From the NCBI RefSeq assembly GCF_009914755.1, contig NC_060947.1: 64,000 bases of DNA; one strand, 5' to 3'. Made by a program: the position numbers and the translations under genes. Source of the stretch: the human T2T-CHM13v2.0 reference genome, Homo sapiens. The notes under the pieces were generated by a model. It was not told the origin of the DNA. It saw only the letters and a program-made list of their open reading frames with translations, and ran no database searches. Positions 31,571 to 64,000 of the stretch are shown here, piece after piece; within the stretch, counting starts at the first letter, position 1; each line of letters begins with the position of its first letter.

Positions 31571-32910
31571 ATGAAATAGTGAAGTGTGGAGCAGTTTACC
31601 TAACTGTGGCATATCTGTCCTTTGGAAGACTTTTCAAATAGACATAACGCTGGCAAATGTAAGAAAAGCCTTGTATGCAATGTGTGAGCACCAGTGGTAT
31701 TGCCGATGGGTGCTTGTGACTGGAGACAGCAACTGCACCCTCTCATTTCAGCCCCTCATTGAACAGCGTCTGTGCTGCTCCTCTCAGCCTATGGCAGCTG
31801 GTTTGGTTGCCAGGCAATGGAAGGCAGAGACCAGAAGACCTTTTCTTGGGAGGAAGAAAGGGGAGAGGGAGGGGAGAAGCAAGAAAGAAGCTCACAGCCC
31901 GAAGGCTTGCTCCCTCCTGAGAGTCTGGCCCAGGGCTGGGGGAATGGGAATGGGGGTAAAGTCCTCACAACCCCTACTTTCCGTGGTTTACTCCTGGTGG
32001 ACAGCCCCACTTTCAGAGCTTGAAGCCCCAGAGAGACGGAGAGGGAATGCACGCACCTGCACCTCCTGTGAAGGTCAGAGAAATCTGTGACTAAGGAAGA
32101 TGCCAATTAGCACCAGTCCACAGAGTTAGAGCTCTGGACAGACCTCTCCTGGGTACTTCTAAACTCTTGTTATTTCAAAAATTCTAGGAAAGCAGCTCGT
32201 CAAATGGAAAAATCTGCATTGGCGATCACCCTGAGCTCGGGCCATCCCAGAAGGCAAGATGGCTGGGGTCTTCTTAGGCAGTGGAGAAATGTGTTCTTGG
32301 TGTCCTTTGGGGAGGGGAAGCAGAAGCCTCTGGCACTGCACGGTGGGCTGGCAGTCTCATGGATGCTGACTATGTTGGGGAGCCCCACGTTCTGGCATTG
32401 CTTCAGAATCAGCTGTCACCGAAGGGCTGTGTGGGCCCGAGCCAGTCCTGACTCTCAGTTTCCTGATCTCTAGGAGGGAATGATATGGTCTCTCTTCACT
32501 CTCAAATGTACTGGATTATGACACACTCCCCCACCTACATCCTGGGCAGGAATCGCTCTCACCCAGGGTTATAGGAGCCTGTGTGGCACACCCTACTCTC
32601 ACCCACCAGGCCAGACTGAAGAAACCAACATAGCTGGTTACCTCTCTCCCTCTTAAGTGGGGGCACTTCCCAGAGCCACCATGTTGTGATCATGAGCTGC
32701 CTCCTGGTGGCCTGGGAGGTGAGATTCAGAGGGGCCCCAGGCAGGCAGGTTGGGGGTGAGGTCAGCAGCTGCCCCAGAGATCAGCTTTTCAAGAACAGGC
32801 ATCTGAGACAGAGTGTCTGTGCTGGATGAGGAAAATATTGGGAAGGCCAGCTGTCTATAGCTGAGCAAGAGCAGGGTCCAGACAGCCCCCTCTTTCTGCA
32901 GCATCTTTGT

Positions 32911-32960
32911 GGCTCCTGGTTGCTAGGAGCAGGTGCTTCTGTTACTAAGCAACAGGAGCC
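32911..32960 (-). promoter_or_regulatory. Two RFX X-box motifs (putative promoter of the minus-strand pseudogene)
   Basis: GTTGCTAGGAGC (32919-32930) and GTTACTAAGCAAC (32941-32953) match the X-box consensus GTYRCYN0-3RGYAAC; the second is the closer match. Confidence 0.65.
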
Positions 32961-33390
32961 TGTTGGATGAAAACCAATTTCCTGAGCTCTCTAAAAGGGG
33001 GAGGGAGAGGAGGTGGAATACAGATGGTCTAGGGAATATCAGGTTTGCCCTCAAGCTTAACTGGAGGTTGGGGGTGGAGGGTGAATATGCACCAGGTACT
33101 TAGTATAAAGACTGAGAGACAGACTGGCAATTAAGATGCTGATTAGAGCAGTAAAGAATGCTAATGCTGCTCCTTTGCAAAACCCCAGGAAAGGCCTCTG
33201 GTCCCTGGGGGTGTTTCTGAACTCTTATTATGTCAAAAATCCTAGGAATCACCTGACTTGGCTAGACAAAACTGAGCAGAGTTCCTTCTCCAAATACAGA
33301 GGATCAATGCATTTTAGGGTCAATGGGCCCCCAAGTGTCCTGGAGTTTAACCACTGGCTGAATGACAAAGGACCCTCCGTCTCTGCTTAG

Positions 33391-33937
<547 letters not shown>

Positions 33938-34519
33938 TGACCCCCTAACCCCCATCACTAGCCACCTCTCAGGGGACAGCCCTCACCACAGTTTGCAGGC
34001 CTCTGATCCCCTACTTTCCACTTGGTCTTTATGTGCATAGGGATATATTGTAATCTCCTTAAAGAGTGAACTGCTACTTTTGATGAATTTGCAGAGTCCA
34101 GGACACAATTCTTGTCTCAGACTTCTTTCACTGCCCTGCTCAGACAGGGACCTCCTGGCTCAAGACCATGTCAGTGGACAGGTGTTTCTCCTTCTAGTGG
34201 GGTTTCTGTTTTCAGGAGGACCGGCTGGGTCAGGAGGAGAAGGCAAGGGGTCCTCTCCATGCTAAGTATTGGTCTTTGATCCTGAAGGTCTTCAGGTCTT
34301 GGATCCTGATTTCTGAGCAGGACTCTTCCCTGCTCTTGTGCCTGTCTAGGCTTTGGCAAGCTCAGCCCAGGTGGCAGACCACTTTCCCTCTGCACGTACC
34401 CCACAGTGATCAAGGATACATTCAGTTTGGCTGAACAAACATTTTATATTTTTCTATAACACTTTCTATGATTTAACATATGTTTTACCTTTTTGTTTTG
34501 GTTCTTTTCCTTCCAACTA

Positions 34520-34640
34520 TGACACAATGTCCATGAGGGATGAGATATTTCTGTGTTTTGTTAATTGCTGTATTTCAGTGTGTAGAACAAGTGTGGCGCC
34601 TAGTAGGTGCTCAAGAAATATATGTTGAATAATGAATATA
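34520..34640 (+). mobile_element. L2 3' end
   Basis: tagtaggtgctcaagaaatatatgttgaataatgaat. Confidence 0.7.
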
Positions 34641-34712
34641 TGCTTACATATGTAAATAAGCTTTTTATATTGTTGGGACTCAGAAAAAAATTACCCCAAA
34701 TGAAGGCCTCAG

Positions 34713-35695
<983 letters not shown>

Positions 35696-35893
35696 AAATG
35701 AAAGCCTCAGAAAGAGCCTCAGAAACAAAGTTTCTCTCTGACCTTCTCCTGCTCTCTTGTCTCTCACCTCTCATTCTCCCCCACGGCTAGCCACAGAAAC
35801 TAAAATCCCTGTTCCCCATGGGGGGTCATAGAAACCAGAACCCCTTTTCCCCAGTGCCAGCCATAAAACCTTTTCATCTATCTTGTTTTGTAA

Positions 35894-36531
<638 letters not shown>

Positions 36532-36924
36532 TGAGTGTAGGTGACAAGACCCCCATTCCAGAGAGGGTCCTGTCCTATACCCATAAAGAAGGTATGCTGC
36601 ATAAAGAGGCCAAGAATAAGCTGAATGGACAGGGCTTGCTTGGTGTCCCCTGCCTCTCCTCAGTCTATTACTATTAGCTCACATCATTTTGGCCAATCAT
36701 ATTTCTACATGGCTGTCCATGCTTCATTATACCTAAGGATAAAAATATACTGTTTACCCTGGGTCTTTGGATCTGCAAGCTGATGGCTCCTGTGTCACAT
36801 AAAACTGTAATCAAATAAACTTGTTATGCTTTTCTCTTGTTAACCTGTCTTTTGTTATAGAAGTGTCTGCTGTGACCCTTACGATGGGGATTAAAGGTAT
36901 CACACCCTTTCTGCTCCTGCAGTA

Positions 36925-38230
<1,306 letters not shown>

Positions 38231-38311
38231 AAAAAAATCAACTTTTGTGGGAAACTGAATTTAAGCTAACCTTACTGAGGAATGTTGAAGGATGTGGTTA
38301 AGCATATGCAC

Positions 38312-48480
<10,169 letters not shown>

Positions 48481-49524
48481 CCTTATGAGGTTTTAGAGGC
48501 TTATCCTCTGCAAACATAAAATCAGCCCAAGAAGTAGAACTCATAGTTCTTGCACAAACTTTTAAATTAGCCACCAATCTTGAAGTAAATATCTATACTG
48601 ATAGCAAATATGCATTTGGAGTCTATCATGCTATGAAACAAATATGGAAGAATAGAGGCTTTCTAACATCCATGTGAACTAAAATATCACATTGTAAACT
48701 AATTCTCAATCTTTTAGAGTTATCCCAGCTTCTCCAACAGATTTCTGTAATTCATTGTGGTGTGCATACCAGACACAGTAAAACGTCTAAAGAAATTTAA
48801 TTTGCACACCAAGCTGTGAAAAAGGCTACTAAAGTTTTGACTGGAGAAATTTAATCACCATTACTTATATCCGGGGATTCCTATTCACAATTTCAGAAAC
48901 GTGCAACTTCACAAGATTTAGAAAATTGGAAACCAAGGGTATCTAAGAACACCATAGGGCTTTGGGAATTATACAATAAAATTATTCCTGCACTTCAATT
49001 GTTGTACCTTGGATGCCTTTTTCATATTGTCAACAAACTAATTTAAACAAAAGAAATATACTGAACACCTTGGAATCTTATCACACTTGGAATAAAGATC
49101 AAATAATTCAGGATATAATACAAAGGTATGTTGCTTGTCAGAAAAATTGTTTACAGGGGGCACATAAGGAAGCTAAGGAAGCCTACTGAAGGCATTATTA
49201 CCTGGAATCTGGTAGCAAACGGATTTTATAGAGTTTCCGTCCTCAGAAGGTAAGAGATATTGATTAGAATAATTGTATATGATGTCTGAATTACTGGAAG
49301 TGCTCCTATCAGCTAAAGCAGATGCTCAAACAGTGATCAAGGCCTTACTGAATTTTATCATCTCAACCTTTGGAATTCTAAATATCTGGAATCTGTTGGG
49401 AAAAGCTATTTCATTTCTATGGTAACTTAAGAGCTCTGTAAAAAAAAAAATTGCCAGTAATTTACAATACTCCTTATTATTCCCAGTCTTATGGACAAGA
49501 AGAATGAATGAAGCATATTCTAAA

Positions 49525-50385
49525 TAATTTTTTTAAACAAAAGTTTTCACATATTTATTAATGAACCAACCTACTAGTACAGAGCATAGAAATAAAGATA
49601 AACATAATTTTCCCCATAAACATGTCCAACTGTCCAGATAGTGATGTTTTCAGTTTTATACAGTAAGATAATTGTGACCTTGATACAGCATAAATATGTG
49701 TGCCATCTCATGTTCAATTCCTAATAAGGGAGGAGACCACCCCTCATATTGTCTTATGCCCAATTTCTGCCTCAAAGAAAAAGTAGGAGTTAAAGAAAAG
49801 ACAGAAGTGAAATCAGTAGTCAGACAGCCTGGTGCTGCATTCCAGGCCTGGTAGTTAAACATCGACCTCTGACCTAACTGGTTATGTTATCTATAGATTC
49901 CAGACATTGTATGGAAAAGCATTGTGAAAATCCCTGTCCTGTTCTGTTCCATTCTGATTACCGGTGCATGCAGCCCCCAGTCCCGTATGCCCTGCTTGCT
50001 CAATCGATCACAACCCTCTCATGCGGACCCCTCTTAGAGTTATAAGCCCTTAAAAGGGACAGGAATTGCTCACTCAGGGAGCTCAGTTTTTGAGCCGTGA
50101 GTCTGCTGACGCTCCCGGCCGAATAAAGCTCCTTCCTTCTTTAACCCGGCGTCTGAGGAGTTTTGTCTGCGGCTTGTCCTGCTACACTTATAGACTAAGC
50201 TTGGTTCTTAACCAATGCATCCTCCAGGAGTTTTACTTGATTTTATTACCAGTTTTCATCCAAATCCAGAATGGGATGATTTCATACTTGTTTCTTAGCT
50301 AGGAATCACTTGATCCTAAGTGTCTTGTGAGACGACAAGGAAAGGAATAGAGTTGACTGCATATACCGTGATGGAAGAGTAAGGC
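49525..50385 (-). pseudogene. Processed pseudogene of ribosomal protein L39 (RPL39), interrupted by LTR2
   Basis: Minus strand ttgtcgtctcacaagacacttaggatcaag...atgaaaactggtaataaaatc...agaaccaagcttagtctataa gives decayed SSHKT.RIK...MKTGNKI...RTKL.L*; RPL39-like 3' UTR with AATAAA and A tail; TSD catattctaaa 49514-49524 / catactctaaa 50386-50396. Confidence 0.9.
49725..50186 (+). mobile_element. HERV-E/Harlequin solo LTR (LTR2)
   Basis: TAAGGGAGGAGACCACCCCTCATATTGTCTTATGCCC start, TTTTGTCTGCGGCTTGTCCTGCTACA end, 4-bp near-TSD ctaa/ctta. Confidence 0.85.
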
Positions 50386-50829
50386 CATACTCTAAAGAAT
50401 TTTTTGGCTAAATAATATCAAACCACTGGCTTGTGATAGCCCAGAATCTTATCACACTTTACCATTGATTTTATTAAAAATAAGGTCACCTGTTTCAGCA
50501 AGTGTGTTATTTCTCCCTTTGAGTTTTTGTTTGGAAGATTTATAAACTCAGGGTTTAATTCTAACTCCTTATTAGATACAATGGAAAACACTTATGATAT
50601 CAGATACAGTACTCAGAGGGTTTGCTGGTTCTTTGGCCTCATTACACCATCGCATGGCCAGATCTGAAACAATCCCTCTGAGGAGATGTGTCATTGATAT
50701 CCACCAGGAAACAATGTCTACAATCAAAGTGTTCCAATGACCAGGAAATAAAGTCTATATCAAAGTGTTTCAATTATAAACTGTATGGCTACTACTGTTA
50801 TATAATTAAGCTAAAGATTGCCCCCATAT

Positions 50830-51721
50830 TGTTACTTCTTCACAGCAGGCTAGTACCTGTAGCTCAAAAGCCTAAAATTTTTACACATCCAGTTGTTTTA
50901 AATATAAATCAACTAAGCAGATTCTGGCAGATTGGCCAGTTACAGCCAGCCTGCTTTACATACTCCACAACACTATACCTAACATCTGCTAGACATTGAT
51001 AAGACAAACCCTGTATCTATAAAAAACCAAGCTAATGCTGACCTTTGATGCTCTCTAACCCAGAAACTCCCTGATATGGTTTGGATCAGCGTCCCTGCCC
51101 AAATCTCATGTTCAATTGTAATCCCCAATTCTGGAGGTGGGGCCTGGTTGCAGGTGATTGGATCATGGAGGTGGTTTCCAGTGGTTTAGCACCATCCTCC
51201 TAGTGCTGTCTTGTTATAGAGTTTTCACAAGATCCAGTTGTTTAAAAGTGTGTGGCACTTCCCCAACCCCTCTTCCTCCTGCTCCAGCCATGCAAGACGT
51301 GCTTGCTTCCCCTTCTCTTTATGCCATAATTGAAAGTCTCCTGAGCCCTCCCCAGCCATGCTTCCTATGCAGCCTGCAGAACCATGAGTCAATTAAACCT
51401 CTTTACTTTATAAATTGCCCAGTCTCAGGTATTTCTTTATAGCAGTGTGAGAATGGACTAATACACTCCCCATCTTGCTGCTGAGTAATATAACCTACAC
51501 AAATAAACTCTATCTCTGATTCAGCCCTCAGCTTTCCCCTGGGAGTTCCCTTGCCCTTTCCCCTTCTGAGTAATGACCCGGTACAGTTGCCTCTGGATAG
51601 TCTCCTGCTGTGAAGGACTTCCTCTCTCAAGCAACCTCTCCAAGTGCCACCCAAACAAAGCTTGTTATGTGCTACTGCCACCTTGTGGTTATCTTTTTTG
51701 GCTCAGCCTCAAAATCCTACA
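50830..51721 (+). mobile_element. Class III (ERVL-type) LTR, probable 5' LTR of the downstream provirus, interrupted by MSTA
   Basis: TG...CA ends, caaacaaagcttgttatgtgctactgccacc near the 3' end, immediately followed by internal sequence. Confidence 0.6.
51072..51465 (+). mobile_element. MaLR solo LTR (MSTA)
   Basis: TGATATGGTTTGGATC...GGACTAATACA with perfect 5-bp TSD CTCCC. Confidence 0.9.
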
Positions 51722-61058
<9,337 letters not shown>

Positions 61059-64000
61059 GGATGGACATCAGCAAGATAGTGGAATAGGACTCTCCAGTGC
61101 TTGTCCCCTGGCAGAAACATCAATTAAAAAAACTATCCACACATAAAAATACCTTCAGAAGAGCTAAGAAAACCAGGTGAGAGATTACAGTACCTGGGTG
61201 TAGCACAAAAATAAGAAAAGATACATTGAAGAACCAGTTTACATTACCCATGTTACCTCTCCCCTAGCTCTAGACAGCACAACATGGAGATACCCTCTGC
61301 TTGGGGGAAGGAGAGAGGGCCTCTGTAAAACTCAGTACCAGGCAGGCTTCCACAGATCCAGACTTCAGGCTGGTACCTACGGATTGAGCCTCCAGCCTGG
61401 CCTGATACCAGGCAAAATCCAACGACATCAGGCTCCAGGCCTGCATGGTGGACTCAGTCTCCAGGCTGTTCCACCACTAGGATAACCTCAGCAGTCCCAG
61501 GCTCTGAACTGCCCCCAGAACCCAGCTGGCCTCCATGGCCACAGGCTTCAGGCCCACCCCAGCACCAACTGGTCACCACAGCCCTAGTTAGTTCATCAGG
61601 CCAGACTTTGTGGATACAGGATCCAGGCCCACCCAGCACCAAGCCAGCCACTGTGGCCTCGGGCATCAGGCCCACCCCAGTGGCCCCAGGCTTTGGACCC
61701 CCTGCCCCTACAGCACTGGGCTAGTCCCCATGCCACAGGCTTCAAAGCTACCCCAACACCAGGCTGACCCCTACAGCATTAGTCATCAGGCAAACACCTG
61801 TGGTGCCCTGCCTCCTGCCTGGCCCCTATGGACAGGCTCCAAGACCACCCAGCACCAGGCCAGCTCCTGCAGCCCCAGGCTCAATGCTGGTACCCACTCA
61901 TTGAGCCTCTAAGCCCACCCCAGCACCAGCCAGGATCCTGCAGCCTGAGGCTCCAGGCCTGCCCAGTGAACTTGATCTTCATGCCTGCAGTAGCCCTAAA
62001 CTCCAGACCATCCCTAGCACCAGACTGACCTCTATGGCCCTAGGTTTCAAGCCCACCACACCACCAGGCTGGCCCCTGCAGCTCTAGTCATCAGACCAGC
62101 ACCTGTAGACTCAGCCTCTAGGATGGCCCCTGCAGATATAAAATCCAGGTCTACCCAGTGTCAAGCCAGCTCCTGAAGCCCCAGGCTTCAGGCCTGCCAC
62201 AGCACCAGGTCAGCACCTCTGGCCTCAAAAACCAGGTGGGTACCTGTGGACACAGGCTCCAGGCTTGTCCAGTACCAGGCAGGTCACCTTGACTCCACCC
62301 TCCATGCTGGCCCCTGCAGCCCCATGCTCTAGCAGACCCAGGATTCAGGCCTATCCCAGTAGACCCCTGCACTAGCATGGTCTCCATGACCCAGGCTCCA
62401 GGGCTGACCCTATGTATCTAGGTTCCCAAGGCCTAAGGACTGAGGCTAGCCCTCGGAGACCTACCCTATAGACCGGAATCTGTATACTCAGCATCCAGGC
62501 TGGGACCAGCAGATAAATTCCAGGTTGGTTCCCATAGCCCCCGGTTCCAGGCTAGCCTTAGCAAGCTCCAAACACCAGACTACCCCCCCACAGGCCCAGA
62601 CTTCACACTGGCCCAGCACCAGGCCAGTCCCAGGCTCCAGTCATGTTACTGGGGCCCCAGGCCCCAGAGGACCCAGGGTCCAGGCCTGCTCCAGCATACC
62701 CAGGTTCCAGATCCAACACAGCAGACCTGAGTGCCAGGCTGAACCTTATGAATGAAGGCTCCAAGACCCCTTGCAGACCCAGACTCCAGGCCAGCCCCCA
62801 TAGACCTAGGATCCAGACTTGCCCCATTGATTGAGGCTCCAGGACTGTCCTAGTGCCAGGCCAGCCCCATAGATTCAGGCTGCAGGCCCACCACTCCAGC
62901 ACCAGGTCAGCACCTGTGGACCCAGGCTTCAAGCTGGCTCCCATAGATATAGGCTCCAGGCTCACTGACATGAACCCAGGCCCCTGGTCATCCATGCACA
63001 ACCAACCAACAGTTCCACACCAGGGGATTGAGGCTTCAGACTCAACCCTGTGGGCCCAGGTGTCAGGCCCACCTACCTACTGTCCCAGGTGCCTGGCCAG
63101 CCTGCCCAAGGACTCTGATGGCAATCTTGCCATTGGATCGTGCCAGACGGCCAGCCCAGAATCTCTGGGTGGGCTGAATAGTGAAGGGCCTCCCAAGATA
63201 AAGGCAGTCTGAAAAGACTGAAATAAGCCCCTACTTCCTTAAATGCACAGACACCAATGTAAATCAATAAGAACATGAAAAACCAAGGAGACATAATACA
63301 ACCAAAAGGACACAATAATCTCCCAGTAGCTGACCTCAAAGAAATGTAGATATACAAATTGCCAGATAAAGAATTCAAAATAATTGTTTTATGAAAGCTC
63401 AGTGAAAACCCAGAAAATCCAGAAAATCCAGGGGAACAATTCAATGAAGTCAGGAAAATAATAAATGACAAGAAGGAGAAATTTAACAGAGAGATTAAAA
63501 TTATATTTAAAAACCCAGAAATTCTAGTGCTAAAAAAATACAATAAACGACATGAAAAATGTAAAAGAACATCAACAGCAGAATAGATCAAGCAGAAGAA
63601 CGAATCCATGAACTAGAAATCAGGTTATTTGATGAGATTGGGCTTGTTCAGGATGGTATGGCTGTAGAAAATCAGTTTATTTGAAAATATACAATCAGAG
63701 GAGAAAAAAATGAATGAAACAGAATAAGGAAAGTATATAGGATTTATGGGACAGCATTAAAGAGCAAATATTGGAGCTAAGAGTTCTTAAATAAGAGACA
63801 CAGGGGTCAAAATCTTGTTTAATGAAATAATAGCAGAAAACATTCCAAATTTGGAGAAAGATGTGAATATCCAGGTACAGGAAAGGCAAAGTTCTTCAAT
63901 CCAAACAAGACTACACCAAGACATCTTATAATAAAACTGTCAATAATTAAGGACAAAAGGAGAATCCTAAAAGCAACAAGAGAAAAGAAGCAAATAAAGT
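61059..64000 (+). mobile_element. Old L1 5' end: 5' UTR with a long degenerate tandem array, then ORF1; continues beyond the window
   Basis: Start ggatggacatcagcaagatagtggaatagg; ORF1 motifs ccagataaagaattcaaaata, gaaataatagcagaaaacattccaaatttgg, agaatcctaaaagcaacaagagaaaag. Confidence 0.85.
61340..63100 (+). repeat. Degenerate C/A-rich tandem repeat array within the L1 5' UTR
   Basis: Dozens of variants of CCAGCACCAGGCCAGCCCC and CCAGGCTCCAGGCC. Confidence 0.85.

Larger units (their letters stand above)
30628..32858 (-). pseudogene. Candidate unitary (unprocessed) pseudogene, 5 exons: 32858-32642, 32469-32230, 30986-30918, 30845-30771, 30684-30628; ~219 codons, unknown family
   Basis: Donors GAG|GTAACC, AGG|GTGATC, AAG|GTGAGG, CAG|GTGACT; acceptors tag, cag, cag and a degenerate ccg; compatible phases; one reading frame broken only by four TGA codons and one 2-bp loss; start ATA in Kozak-like context. 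Confidence 0.6.

Noticed and set aside
30628-32858. Identifying the dead gene as Wave4/WASF, Uspl or Rasl11c of the ancestral XIC cluster
   Set aside because: No WH2/VCA, USP Cys/His box or GTPase motifs are visible in the reconstruction; left unnamed
30263-32904. Single-exon ORFs 30263-30733 (+), 30266-30700 (-), 31584-32090 (+), 32653-32904 (-)
   Set aside because: No known domain; they cross MIR/L1 or predicted introns, and the spliced minus-strand model explains the region better
34362-34380. CTCF-like CCCAGGTGGCAG
   Set aside because: The 5' half of the motif is a poor match
61454-63212. Pro/Gln/Gly-rich ORFs in the tandem array
   Set aside because: By-product of a stop-poor repeat within an L1 5' UTR

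Overview
Primate, almost certainly human, genomic DNA from the X-inactivation-centre neighbourhood (Xq13.2). The assignment rests on the intronless CNBP retrogene ZCCHC13 (CDS 11777-12277), the only intact protein-coding gene here. The CpG island at 1-1250 fits the 5' end and promoters of the lncRNA FTX on the minus strand, inferred from the known order FTX-ZCCHC13-SLC16A2. Most of the rest is interspersed repeat: about 55 Alus, old L1s, MaLR/ERV solo LTRs, three decayed ERV coding remnants, and an RPL39 processed pseudogene split by an LTR2. The main discovery is a GC-rich island at 30628-32960 that reconstructs by hand as a five-exon, ~219-codon minus-strand gene that is now dead. It has phase-compatible splice sites, four TGA stops explained by CGA decay, one 2-bp slippage, a mutated start codon and a double RFX X-box promoter, so it is a candidate unitary pseudogene of an unrecognised, probably testis/cilia gene. 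ZCCHC13 also carries a 1-bp insertion that moves its 7th zinc knuckle out of frame. Repeat subfamily names are from recall of consensus sequences and need RepeatMasker/Dfam confirmation; repeat boundaries are approximate.
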